Shown piece after piece: positions 42,968 through 53,396 of a stretch of DNA of 64,000 bases. The DNA is from an uncultured delta proteobacterium (GTDB lineage: Bacteria > Desulfobacterota > Binatia > DP-6): the NCBI GenBank assembly GCA_963713495.1, contig CAVQLX010000018.1, forward strand, positions 58,563-122,562, read 5' to 3'. The first letter of the stretch is position 1, and each line of letters opens with the position of its first letter. Under the pieces are notes generated by a model. It was given only the letters and a program-made list of their open reading frames with translations, had not been told where the DNA came from and did not search any database. The translations under genes and the position numbers were made by a program.

Positions 42968-44345
42968 ATGGCGGCACGAGTCGAAGCGGCGCGTCGCGGC
43001 TTGCCGGTGGTCGCGCTCGTCGGGCGGCCCAATGCCGGGAAGTCGACGCTGTTCAACCGCATCGTGCGGGCGCATCGCGCGATCGTCGACGACGCGCCGG
43101 GCGTCACGCGCGACCGCGTCGTGGCGCGGGCCGAGCACGCGGGCCGGGCCTTCCTGTGCGTCGACACGGGCGGCTTCCTCGCGGACACGCCGCGCGATGC
43201 CGCAACCCTCGCGGCGCGCGTGCGCGCGCAGGCGCTCGCGGCCGTCGCCGAGGCGGACTGCGTCGTCTGCGTCCTCGATGGGGCGGCCGGCCTCGCCCCG
43301 GCCGACCGCGACACGATCCGCCTGCTGTCGCGAGCCGGCAAGCCCGTGTTCTTCGCCGTCAACAAGATCGATACGGCCGGGCGCGAGCCGAACGTGGCGG
43401 AGTTCTACGCCGGCGGCACGGATCGTCTCTTCGCCGTCTCGGCCGCCCACGGCCGGGGCATGCGCGCGCTCCTCGACGCCGTGGTGGCGCGGCTCCCCCG
43501 CGTGCCCGCGGCCAGCGACGAGCCCGCCGGAACCCGGCTGGCGCTGCTGGGACGGCCGAACGTGGGCAAGTCATCCCTGCTGAACCGGCTGCTCGGAACG
43601 GAGCACGCGCTGGTGGCGCCGGAAGCGGGCACGACGCGGGACGCGGTGGACACGCCGGTCCGCATCGACGGGCGCCCGTTCGTGCTCATCGACACCGCAG
43701 GCATCCGGCGTCGCGGCCGGGGCAATGACGCGCTCGAGCGCCACGGCGCCGTGCGGGCGCTGGGCGTGATCGAGCGCAGCGATCTGGTGCTCTTCGTCCT
43801 GGACGCCACCGACGGGATGACCGACCAGGACGCGCGCCTCGTCGGGCGGGCGTGGGATGCGGGACGCGGCCTCATCGTCCTGGCGAACAAGTGGGACCTC
43901 ACGTCGGGACCGCAGCGCGACGTGCGGACGTTCCGGCGCGCGCTGCAGGCGGGTCGCCCGGGCTTCGCCGCGCTCCCCGTCCTGTGCGTGTCGGCACGGA
44001 CGGGGGAGGGGCTCGAGGGACTCTTCGGGATCCTGGCGGACGTCGAGCGTGGCTACCGTGCGACGATGCCGACGCCGGCGCTGAACCGCGCGCTCCGGGC
44101 GGCCGTCGACGCCCACGCCCCGCCCAGCCCGGAGGGGCGGCCAGTCCGCCTCCTCTATGCCACGCAGACCGCCAGCGCGCCCCCGGAGGTGACCGTGTTC
44201 GCGAGCGCGCCGGAGCAAGTTCCCGAGGCGTACACGCGCTACCTGCGCACGCGCTTCGGCGAGGCCTTCGGCCTGGTGGGCGTCCCGCTGCGGGTCCGCC
44301 TCCGCCGCGGCGCGAGGCGACCGGTCTCACGGCGCCTCGCGGTAG
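42968..44345 (+). CDS. der: ribosome-associated GTPase Der/EngA; 3' end uncertain
   Basis: Two G domains (GRPNAGKSTLFN/DTGG/NKID and GRPNVGKSSLLN/DTAG/NKWD) and a KH-like end ...YLRTRFGEAFGLVGVPLRVRLRR. The in-frame reading has no stop until 44968 and runs antisense through the next gene. I place the end at TAG 44343-44345 in the +1 frame, assuming one more indel near 44290-44340. Confidence 0.8.
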
Positions 44346-44587
44346 CGGCGCGCGAGCTCGACGTAGTTCGCAGCCGAAGTCCGCAAGCGCTCGAGCTCGG
44401 CGTCGTTGATCTCGCGCGTGCGCTTCGCAGGACTTCCGAGTACGAACGAGCGGGGAGGGACCACCGTGCCGGGCGTGACCAGCGCGCCCGCGCCGACGAG
44501 GCTCTCGGTCCCGATCACCGCGCCGTCGAGCACCAGCGCTCCCATCCCGATCAGGCAGCCGTCCTCGACCGTGCAGCCGTGGAGCAC
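44327..44587 (-). pseudogene. gamma-carbonic anhydrase-like (LbH) protein, C-terminal half
   Basis: (V)LHGCTVEDGCLIGMGALVLDGAVIGTESLVGAGALVTPGTVVPPRSFVLGSPAKRTREINDAELERL... It continues exactly from ...TVGHNAV at 54049-54303. Confidence 0.8.
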
Positions 44588-44957
44588 GGTGAACGGCGCG
44601 ATTTTGAACCCCCTGTCGTGTCCCCGGGGCCGGCAGTTCCACTGGGAAGGCCCCGTGGACCACCACGCGGTCGGCGTGCACGTCGACGTGTTCGACCAGG
44701 ACGCGGAGCAGGGCCTGGCGGGCGGCGTGGTCATGGCGATCGAGCCCTTCCCGGATGTCCTGGCAGTACTGGAGGACTGCGTCGAGGCGGGACGCGTCGA
44801 CGGAGCCCTGGGCAACCTGGGCGTCAGCCTGGTGCAGCTCTGCAAAGAAGGGCAAATACCCCCTTCGTGCCGCTTGTCGGCCGCCCTCGTGGCCCTCATC
44901 ATGCAACGCACCCGAGGGGCTCGCGTCGCGCGGGAGTGTGTGAGGGCCTACCTGGGT
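44588..44957 (-). pseudogene. probable C-terminal remnant of a recombinase (large-serine-recombinase-like tail)
   Basis: The frame reads ...RRGYLPFFAELHQADAQVAQGSVDASRLDAVLQYCQDIREGLDRHDHAARQALLRVLVEHVDVHADRVVVHGAFPVE and runs out into the junction. It resembles the coiled-coil plus terminal strand of serine integrases from memory only. The N-terminal catalytic part is absent. Confidence 0.3.
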
Positions 44958-45018
44958 TCAGCCGCTAGCTCACGCGCACCGTGTGGCGCATCAAGGCTTC
45001 CCGAGTCTCATCACCGGT

Positions 45019-45320
45019 TCAGGTACGCGCCGACCGCTGCATCGTCCACATGCGGAACCGCGGTTTCGTCGGCACCGTCTCGTCGGTGATCACGCGGTAG
45101 CCGGCGCTCTCGTAGAGCCTCACGTTGCGCTGCTTGTCGGTCTCCAGGTAACAGGCACGCCCTCGGCGTCGGCGCGTGCGCACAGTCGCGCGAGCAGCCT
45201 CAGCGGGAACAGCTCGAGCTTCGTGATCCCGGCGTCGGTGAAGAGGATCTTCGACGGGTTCGAGCTCGCGACCTCGCGGCCCCCGATCGAAAGCGTGATG
45301 TGCTCCCGCTTGGCCGGCAC
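45019..45320 (-). pseudogene. mosaic of gene fragments: LigD-polymerase-like N-terminus joined to a GNAT acetyltransferase C-terminus (itself frameshifted)
   Basis: REVASSNPSKILFTDAGITKLEL resembles the LigD/PrimPol N-terminal motif. It is followed by LLARLCARADAEGVP and then, in another frame, CYLETDKQRNVRLYESAGYRVITDETVPTKPRFRMWTMQRSA (GNAT C-terminus), with a stop at 45019-45021. Confidence 0.4.
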
Positions 45321-45498
45321 GCGCGAATCATAGCGCAGGGATTTGCTGCGGGAACCGAGGTCGCGAAACCGATGCGCGCCACCGGCGAGCGCCGACGGGC
45401 GGTTGCCCAGGGCGGGGCAGGTCGGCGTCGCGCGCTATCTGGACGCCGCGCTGCGACCGACGCCGCCGCTCCACCGGGAGTAACGCGCCGGGAACGGG

Positions 45499-46170
45499 TC
45501 AGTACACCCAGGGCACGAGCCGCCACGTCCGCCGGCGGTAGTCGGCGTACTGGTCGCCGAACTCGGAGGCGAGCAGCCCTTCCTCGGCCCGGATGCGCGC
45601 CAGGAGGAGCCACACGGAGGGCAGCACGAGCAACAGCCCTGCGACACTCCGGAAGACCAGGGCCCAGCCGATACTCGCCACGAGGTAGCCCAGGTAGCTG
45701 GGGTTCCTGATCCAGCGATACACGCCGTCGGTGACCAGCCGGTGACCCTCCTGGATGGCCACGAGGCCGCTGAAGCGGCGGCCGAGCACGAACATCGGCC
45801 ACACCCGGAGCGCACCGCCGGCGACGAGGAGCGTCAGCCCGAACCAGCGAACCGCGTCGCCATCGATCACCCAGTGATCGCGGCGGTCGAGGAAGGGGAG
45901 GAGCCAGATCGTCAGTACGGCGAACACCAGGCCGACCGGTATGATCCACAGTTCCCCGATGTCGGCGCGCCGGCCGCTGCTCAGATTGAAGGGGGAGAAG
46001 GCGGCCACCAGGGTCAAGACCAGGCCTGCCACGAGGGCGCCCCTGCGGGCCGGGTTGGCGAGCAACCCCGACCAGCTCCCCCAGGCGCGCGCCATCAGGG
46101 CGTAGCACAGCAGGGTGACGACGAGCAGGCCCGTCGCGACCAGCAAGCGCGACAGGACGGCGCGTACCAT
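45499..46170 (-). CDS. isoprenylcysteine carboxyl methyltransferase (ICMT)/phospholipid methyltransferase family membrane protein
   Basis: 223 aa with multiple TM helices. C-terminal signature is HRLVTDGVYRWIRNPSYLGYLV...RIRAEEGLLASEFGDQYADYRRRTWRLVP. Confidence 0.8.
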   Translation of the reverse strand: MVRAVLSRLLVATGLLVVTLLCYALMARAWGSWSGLLANPARRGALVAGLVLTLVAAFSPFNLSSGRRADIGELWIIPVGLVFAVLTIWLLPFLDRRDHWVIDGDAVRWFGLTLLVAGGALRVWPMFVLGRRFSGLVAIQEGHRLVTDGVYRWIRNPSYLGYLVASIGWALVFRSVAGLLLVLPSVWLLLARIRAEEGLLASEFGDQYADYRRRTWRLVPWVY

Positions 46171-46216
46171 GCCGCACGAGGTACCAGGCGAACGCCCGCG
46201 CGGAACCCGCGGGCGC

Positions 46217-46555
46217 CTACTCGAACTTCGCCGTCAGGTGCAACGCGAAGCAGCGGGCGCCGTTCGTCACCGTCAGCGTGGTGTCGGTCAGCCCGCCGTT
46301 CACGGCGACCACGTCGAACCAGCCGTGGGCGCGCGCGTCGAGCCTGAAGACGCCGGCCCTCCTTCGGCGCTTCGTGCCGATAGAGCGGACAATGCGGCTA
46401 TTCGCCCTTCGCCCCGCGAGCCATTCGCCCGGCGCGTCTACCAGCCCGCCGCCCTTCCGTAACGACGGCACGACGGGGTGGCTTCGCCGCGCCGGAAGGG
46501 CGGCGAAGGAGCTCGGATCGTGGTCCACCTCCGAACAAGTCGGCGAATCACTCAC
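46217..46555 (-). CDS. hypothetical protein (weak)
   Basis: Only the C-terminal third (GVFRLDARAHGWFDVVAVNGGLTDTTLTVTNGARCFALHLTAKFE) looks protein-like. No family recognised. Confidence 0.2.
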   Translation of the reverse strand: MSDSPTCSEVDHDPSSFAALPARRSHPVVPSLRKGGGLVDAPGEWLAGRRANSRIVRSIGTKRRRRAGVFRLDARAHGWFDVVAVNGGLTDTTLTVTNGARCFALHLTAKFE

Positions 46556-46765
46556 TCATTCCCGCTGTACACGCCTTCCAAGAGAGCCCTAAAGTGACCG
46601 GCGGCGATTTCGCGCGGCGACGACACGTGCTCGAACGGCGTCGGTGAACTTCGGGATGCTAGGGAGTCGCATGTATCGTCGGGCTCAAACTGCCCGTCTT
46701 GTTGGACGGCAATCCGTTCGGTGCCTTGCCCAGATCCCCAGCTTGCTGGAAGCCGGCCGATCGAT

Positions 46766-49152
46766 ATGATCGCCCCCCCCGTCAGGCTACGGTGGGTGGT
46801 CGCGGCAGTCTGTTTCGTCGTTCTCGCCCTTGCGGCCACCGGACCAGCACTCTTCGCGAGTCGCTCCCTCGGGCCGGAGAGCTCCCTTGATTTCGATCTG
46901 CTCTATTCCCTGGGCGATCGGCCACGGTCGCCGCCCATCGATCGGTCGCGCACCGTGTACGACATGCCCCGTGACTTCGCCGCGGCGGAGGGTTTCCGCG
47001 CCGGTCGTTTCGACCTCTGGAATCCGCGCGTCGGCTTGGGCATGCCCCTCTGGGCCGAGGGCGGGGCGCCGCTCTTTCCCCTGAAGCTCCCGTTTTACCT
47101 TGCTCCGTCGCGGCGCACTTACGATTGGGCCGCCGCGCTGCGGCTCGTCGTGGCGGGGATGGGCGCGTATCTGCTAGCCCGACACCGCGGTCTCACCTTC
47201 CTCCCAGCGCTCGCGGCTGGGGCCCTCTTCGAGCTGTCGGGTGCGACGATCGCGATGCTGCCCTTCGGCGAGGGCGCGCCCCCTTCGCTATTGCCCTGGG
47301 TTCTCCTCGGCGCCCAGGGGATCGCGCGCGAGCGGCGGTTGGCCGCAGCAGCGGGCACTGGGATCGCGCTCGGGGTCACGGCGAATAGCGGGCATCCGAT
47401 GCTGGCTCTCGTTGTCTTCGCGGGATTCGGCGCAGCCATCGCGGGCCACGCCTTCGTCGCGTGGAGACGGCCCCGTGCCGTCCTGGCCATCGGCGCGCTC
47501 GGATGCGTGGCCCTGGTGCTCGGGCTCGCGATCGGCGCTCCGGCGGCGCTGCCGACACTCGAAGCCTGGGGCGTCGGGCGTCTCTACAAGACCACCGACA
47601 AGTTCGAATGGATGGTGTCGTTCAACCTCCTCCAGGTCTGGAACACACTGCCCATTGCCCTTTTCTCGCCCGGCCTACTTGTCCCCATTCAGGCCAATCT
47701 GACGAGCCTATTCCCGCAAGCCGTCGCTCCCGCTGTGGGGGTGCTTGGATTCGTCCTGGCGTTGGCAGGTATCGTCGTGGGTGGCCTCGATGCGCCCCTC
47801 GTCGCGGTTGCGCTTCTCGGCGTCGGCCTGATGTTCGCTCCACCCGGGCTCGGGTGGGTGCGCATGATCCCCCCGCTGAAGTTCATCTACCCGATGTACT
47901 GCGCGGTGCTGATCAGCCTACCTCTAGCCCAAGCCAGCGGGCGAGGCGTGGCGGTTCTCTCGACCCCTCGCGCGCGTCGTGCAGTACTGACCGCACTCGC
48001 CCTGGTTCTCGCCGGCGCGCTGTGCCTGACTCGCGTGAACGACTTCGGTGACAAGTCCCTTTTCTACTTCCCCTTGCGCAGCGTTCTCATGAGGTTGCTC
48101 TCCCAGCCCGGAGGCCAGCTCCGGCTCGCTCTACCCTTGGCCGTCGCTACGGCCGTGGCGGCATGGATCACCGCCCGGACCAGTGTTACCCGGCGCGGCG
48201 CTGCACTGGTTGTCGCGCTCGCCGCCTGCGAACTGCTCGCCACAGTTCCGCCGACGGTCTGGTGGTCGGACTCCAAGGTGCTCGCGTCACCGCCCTCGCC
48301 CGCGGTCCGCTTCCTACAGGAGCGTCTCGCAGACGGCGGGTCTCGAATGCTCGGGGCCAACGAGTGGATCGGACAACCCGCCACGCCGTCGCTCTTCGGC
48401 TTAGCGGATATCCGTGCGATATCGGCTCTCCCCATCGAGCGGTACGTGCGGTTTCTGGAGGCCATCGAGCCAAAGCTCAGCTGGTTCTACATGCAGGCTC
48501 CCGGACGGGTCACTCGCCACCCGCTTCTAGACGTGGCCGCCGTGCGATATGTCATCGAGCCGGGAAGCCCCGAGCCGCCCGTCACTCTCGACGGGGACCC
48601 GGCCGTCCGGCGCATCTACCGTGATTGGGCCGTGGGTATCTACGAAAACACCGCGGCGCTGCCACGAGCCCGCATCGTCCACTCTGCGGCTGCCGTGATC
48701 GATGCCACGGAGGCGTTCACCCGCCTGAGGGAAGCAGCCGCCGCAGGCTCCCATGCCGCGTTGGTCGGCCTGGCGGATCGGATTGTGGTCGAGCCGAGCG
48801 CCGACGACAACCCCCGCCGGTCGTGCCGGAGGTGACTCCACCGCCGGGTGAACAGGTGACGATCGTGGAAGCCGGCGATCCCGACCAGGTCGAGTTGATG
48901 GCGTCCCTGGTGAACCCGGGTTGGGTCGTCCTCGCCGATACCTTCTATCCAAGCTGGATCGCCACGATTGACGGCGTGGCAGCGACGATCTATCCCGCCG
49001 ATCTGCTGTTCCGGGCTGTGTTCGTGCCCGCGGGCACGCACCGCATCGTCTTCCGCTACCAGCCGCGTGCCCTCAGGCTCGGCCTGGCGCTCGCAGTCGT
49101 GGGGCTCGCAGTAAGCACCGTATTGATCGCGCGCGGGAGGGCGAGTCGCTAG
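46766..49152 (+). CDS. YfhO-like polytopic membrane protein (putative glycosyltransferase), apparent -1 frameshift
   Basis: Many TM helices. The C-terminal beta domain ...VTIVEAGDPDQVELMASLVNPGWVVLADTFYPSWIATIDGVAATIYPADLLFRAVFVPAGTHRIVFRYQP is in the frame of ORF 48625. The frames join if the C5 run at 48811-48815 is read as C6 (DDNPPPVVPEV). ATG 46766 is preferred over GTG 46721. Confidence 0.65.
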
Positions 49153-50250
49153 GCCGCGTCGGGCAGATACGACGAAAAGGGCGGTTTCAGGCCGCGTGCT
49201 TGGCGAGGGGTCACGGCCAGCCGCTTGGTGTGATAGCGCGTGAGGCGGTCCGTGTTGAGGCGATCGAAGTAGCCGCCGCCCAGCTCGCGATACGACTGAC
49301 CGTCGCGCAGTACGTGGTAGGCGATGCCCAGGATGCTGTGCGCGACCGCGACGATGGCCTTCTTGTCTCCGCGGCGCTTGACGAGCCGGCCGTAGTGGGC
49401 GGCGAAGGTAGCAGTCGCGTTTGCACACCGCGGCGCGGGCGCTCTCGACGAGCGCCGCGCGGAGCGTCCGGTTGGCCCGGCGGGTGCGGCCACTCAGGCG
49501 CTTGCCCGCACTCTCGTGGTTGCCCGGGCAGAGGCCCGCCCATGAGGCCGCATGCCCGGCGGTCGGGAACCGCGTCATGTCGCAACCGAGTTCGGCCACG
49601 ATCACCTCCGCCGTGCGCCGGGCGACACCCGGAATCGTGTCGAGCCGGGCGAGCTGCGCCGCGTGTGCGGCCGTGAGCGTCTCGACCTGCCGGTCGTACG
49701 CGGTGATCGCGCGGTCGAGGAACTCGATGTGGCGCATGAGCTGGTCGAGCAGAAACCGGTGATGGGCGGTGACGCGGCCGGTGAGCGCCTCCCCGAGCGC
49801 GGCGCGCTTCCGGCGCAGGCTCCGCTTGGCGAGGTCCGCCAGCTGCGCGGGAGTGTGCTCGCCGGCGATCAGCGCTTTTGATCATGGCGCGCGCCGAGAC
49901 CCCGAGGATCTCGGTGGCGACGCTCGCGAGCTTGATGTTCGCCGTCTCAAGGACCTTCTGCAGGCGATTGCCTCCCGCGCCCGGTCCTCGACCAAGCGCT
50001 TGCGTACCGGACCACATCGCGGAGACTCGCGCTGCGCCGCGGGGGCACGAAACTCCGCCGGAGCAGGCCGAGTTCGAGCAGCTGGCCGAGCCACTCGCTG
50101 TCGCGCACATCCGTCTTGCGCCCCGGCACCATCTTGACGTGCTGCGCATACCAGGGCGAGCTCTCAGCTCCCCTCGAGGATGTTGTAGACCGGCCGCGAG
50201 TAAGGTGATCTTCCCGCTCCGTCGCTGCGGCTCGCGCGGGGGCCGGCGAA
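49149..50250 (-). mobile_element. IS110-family transposase remnant: 5'-truncated and broken into at least four frames
   Basis: Recognisable segments are PVYNILEG; AQHVKMVPGRKTDVRDSEWLGQLLELGLLRRSFVPP; NRLQKVLETANIKLASVATEILG; HHRFLLDQLMRHIEFLDRAI..LDTIPGVARRTAEVIVAELG; and YGRLVKRRGDKKAIVAVAHSILGIAYHVLRDGQSY. The roughly 70 N-terminal DEDD residues are missing. Confidence 0.75.
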
Positions 50251-50325
50251 TCATCTGTCGTTGAGGCCAGCCGCCGACGGCCGACGTTGCCTCCCGCCCC
50301 GGGCCTTGGGTATAGGCTCCGCCAC

Positions 50326-51624
50326 GTGAGCACGCTCGCGCGGTCGCTGCGCATCGGCCGAGAGCTGGCGCGCATCGGCAGCGCCATCGTCGCCGAGCGC
50401 GTGGAGACGGGATACGTCTTCAACCCGCTCCTCAACCCCCTCCTCCGTCAAGCACGCGAATGGCCGTATCCACTCTACCAGCGCCTCCGCGAGCGCGACC
50501 CGATCCACCGCAGCCGTGCCATACGCGGCTGGTTCCTCTTCCGCCACGCCGACTGCCTCGCCGTCCTGCGCGACGGTCGGTTCTCCGCCGACGACCGGAA
50601 CTACGCCGGCTACGCCCAGCAGCGCGCGTGGGAGATCGCCGACGGGCTCGCGGACGCGAATCAGCCCGACGAGCCCCCGATGCTGCGTCGCGATCCGCCC
50701 GACCACACGCGGCTCCGGAAGCTCGTGTCGAAGGCGTTCACTCCACGGGCGCTCGAGCAGCTCCGTCCCCGCGTCGAGGAGCTGGCCGACCGGCTGCTGA
50801 CGCCGCTCGCGCGCCGCGGCGAGTTCGACGTCATTCGCGACTTCGCGGTGCCGTTCCCGGTGACGATCATCGCCGAGATGCTCGGCATCCCGGCGCGCGA
50901 CTTCGCGACCTTCAAGCGCTGGTCGGACCATCTGGTCGGCTTTCTCGACCCGCTCGCCTCCCCCGGCCCCAAGGTGCTGCGGAAGACGATCGACGAGTTC
51001 GACGGCTACATGTCCCGGCTCGCCGAGGAGCGCCGCCGGGAGCCGGCCGAAGACCTCCTGACCGCGCTCGTCCAGGCCGAGGAGCAGGGGCAGCGTCTCT
51101 CCGCGCAGGAGCTGCAGGGTACGCTCGCGCTCATCCTGGCCGCGGGCAACGAGACGACCACGAACCTGATCGGCAACGGCCTCGTCGCGCTGCTTCGTCA
51201 CCCCGATCAGCTGGCGTGGCTCCGCGACGACCCCGGTATCGCCGAGCGCGCGGTCGAGGAGCTGCTGCGCTGGGACTCCCCCGTCCAGCTGACGATGCGC
51301 ATCCCGACCGAGGCCATCGACTTCGACGGCGTGCACTTCGAGAAGCACCAGGCCGTGGTGACCGTGCTCGGCGCGGCCAACCATGACCCCGAGGCGTTCG
51401 ACCGCCCCGACGTCCTCCACCTCGATCGGGAGCCAAACGAGCACCTGGCCTTCGGGCAGGGCATTCACTTCTGCCTCGGCGCGCAGCTCGCGCGCCTCGA
51501 GGGACAGGTGGCGCTGCGCGAGCTCGGCCGCCGTTTTCCGGACCTCCGACTCGCGGCCGACCGCCCGCGCTGGCGTCGGCTCACGTTCCTCCGCGGGGTG
51601 GAGGCGCTGCCCGTCCGCGTGTGA
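50326..51624 (+). CDS. cytochrome P450
   Basis: AGNETT (I-helix), EELLRW (ExxR) and heme loop FGQGIHFCLGAQLARLE. GTG 50326 is preferred; the track start is TTG 50287. Confidence 0.9.
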   Translation: MSTLARSLRIGRELARIGSAIVAERVETGYVFNPLLNPLLRQAREWPYPLYQRLRERDPIHRSRAIRGWFLFRHADCLAVLRDGRFSADDRNYAGYAQQRAWEIADGLADANQPDEPPMLRRDPPDHTRLRKLVSKAFTPRALEQLRPRVEELADRLLTPLARRGEFDVIRDFAVPFPVTIIAEMLGIPARDFATFKRWSDHLVGFLDPLASPGPKVLRKTIDEFDGYMSRLAEERRREPAEDLLTALVQAEEQGQRLSAQELQGTLALILAAGNETTTNLIGNGLVALLRHPDQLAWLRDDPGIAERAVEELLRWDSPVQLTMRIPTEAIDFDGVHFEKHQAVVTVLGAANHDPEAFDRPDVLHLDREPNEHLAFGQGIHFCLGAQLARLEGQVALRELGRRFPDLRLAADRPRWRRLTFLRGVEALPVRV

Positions 51625-51949
51625 CGAAGCCGCTTCAGGTCCGCGGGCCGGCAACCACCCCGACGTGGTCGCTCGCGAAGACGTCGCCAGCGGGTTCGTC
51701 GAGAACCATGCGCGCCCGCTCGACTCGGCCGCGGCCCTTGCGTCGGGCAGCCGACGCTGACGGCCTGCACCATGCCATGCTGCGCGGCGACCGGTGCGAC
51801 GGCCAGCGTGGCCGCGACCAGAAATGCCGCGACCGCTGCGACGACGCCTATCTCTCTCGGGTTCCGTTCATGCTCTGTGCTCCTTTGCTGAGTAGAGGTA
51901 GCGGAACGGCGCGAGGACGCGCATGGGGCGAAACGGAAAGAGCGATCCG

Positions 51950-52294
51950 TTACCGCTGCTGGAACCTGTCCCGGGGGTCCGCGGCGAAGCACGTGGACGT
52001 CCCCTCCTGACACAGGACAACGTAGGTCGTGCGCTGGTTGCAGCCCGCGACGCCCACCGTGTACTCGACGCGGTTCAGCCCCATCATCCACGGCCCCTGC
52101 ACGGCGGGCTGGATGTAGTCTTGCGACAGCACGGTGCCGGTCGCCGTGGGGCAGTTCAGGTCGAAGCGCCCGCGTTCCAGCGCCGTCGCCACCGCGGCGG
52201 GCTGCCGGCTGGCAAGCTGCTGCGACTGCGTCGCGCAGGCCCCCGCGATCGCCACCACGGCGCAAAGTGTCGCGAGGTTCCATGACTTCACCAT
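51950..52294 (-). CDS. small lipoprotein, unknown function
   Basis: RBS AGGAGGG. MVKSWNLATLCAVVAIAGAC has a lipobox-like IAGAC. 114 aa with four further Cys. Confidence 0.55.
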   Translation of the reverse strand: MVKSWNLATLCAVVAIAGACATQSQQLASRQPAAVATALERGRFDLNCPTATGTVLSQDYIQPAVQGPWMMGLNRVEYTVGVAGCNQRTTYVVLCQEGTSTCFAADPRDRFQQR

Positions 52295-52518
52295 CGGGTT
52301 CCCTCCTGAGCCGCACCGATAGCCCCGGCCTCCCGGAACGTCTTGCCATTTTGCGCTAGGGGCGACGGTGACCGGCGGTCGTGTATCATTGTCGCCGCGC
52401 GCATCACACCACCGGCCTTGCTTCGGCGGCCGTGGTGCGCGACGAGCGGCGAGACGATGGACCCGGCGGCGGTGCTACTGGAGCGGCTGAATCCTCCCGC
52501 GTCTTCTCGCAACGTCCA

Positions 52519-52803
52519 TCAGCCGCCGCGCCGGTGGCGCTGGTACGCCGCATGTCGCCCCCGTGCCATGATCCTCGCGATCTCGCAGCGCTCGCTGTAG
52601 ACGTGCGGCGACAGCCCATGCTGCGCGCCGACCTCGGCGAACGCCGCGGCGAGTTCGTCCTCCGCCGCGGCACGCTCCTCGCTGCCGGCGACGTGCTCGA
52701 TCATGGAGCGCAGCAGGGGGTCGTACTGCACCTGATCCTCAGTGAAGCCTCGCCGCTCGCCCGCAGCGCGCACGCGCTCGGTCAGGCTGGTTGACGTACT
52801 CAT
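52519..52803 (-). CDS. hypothetical 94-aa protein
   Basis: The reading MSTSTSLTERVRAAGERRGFTEDQVQYDPLLRSMIEHVAGSEERAAAEDELAAAFAEV... is in frame with, but unlike, the terminase fragment upstream. No family recognised. Confidence 0.25.
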   Translation of the reverse strand: MSTSTSLTERVRAAGERRGFTEDQVQYDPLLRSMIEHVAGSEERAAAEDELAAAFAEVGAQHGLSPHVYSERCEIARIMARGRHAAYQRHRRGG

Positions 52804-53396
52804 GTGCGGCACTGTGACCATGGCGGGACGCACGGCGTTCACGATCTCGTGGTCGGGATTGCTGCTGTCCTCGCTGCGCCAGAAACAGACCTCGTCCAGC
52901 ACGCAGCCGACCACGGTGTAGCCGCGTAGCGCCCGCCAGCTCGCGGTGTGGATCTCGATGCGCACGCCGGTCGACAGCTCGACGCTGTCCGCGCTGCGGT
53001 CCACCACCAGGGCGGCGAGCATCGGGGTCTCGTCCAGCAGCCCCGAGATGTACTGCATGCAGGTGCGGGCCTGACGCCGGTCGGCCGCCACCACGGGCAG
53101 CGTGCCGACCTCGCCCACGGACAGCACGTCGGCGTAGTCGCGGAAGGCGGCGAGGTAGATGGCGATCACGCTCGCCAGCCGCGACTTGCCCGCCCTGCGA
53201 CCCGCGGTGCACCACGCCTCCCGGGCCTGCGTCGTCGGAGGGTCCTGACGGTTCGTGCAGCTGCGGTAGAGCGCGAGGCCGGCCGGGACAGGGAGAGACC
53301 GAACACGGCTCGACAGAAGGTGCGCCACGGGTTCCACTCCGTACCGAAATGGTGGCCGAAGATCGCCGGGTCATCCAGCGCGTCGAGCAGCGTCAC
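52804..53396 (-). pseudogene. phage terminase large subunit, N-terminal ATPase fragment (frameshifted and truncated)
   Basis: LLDALDDPAIFGHHFGTEWNPWRTFCRAVFGLSLS is in one frame. PAGLALYRSCTNRQDPP..GRRAGKSRLASVIAIYLA (Walker A)..VGCVLDEVCFW (Walker B)..NPDHEIVNAVRPAM is in the next. The shift is at GGG 53285-53287. The nuclease half is absent. Confidence 0.55.

Noticed and set aside
51636-51885. Possible small secreted protein on the minus strand (RBS AAAGGAG, ATG at 51870, signal-peptide-like IGVVAAVAAFLVAATLAVAPVAAQ)
   Set aside because: The ATG frame stops after 7 codons. A plausible product needs two further frame changes and overlaps the P450 3' end. Too speculative to call as a feature.
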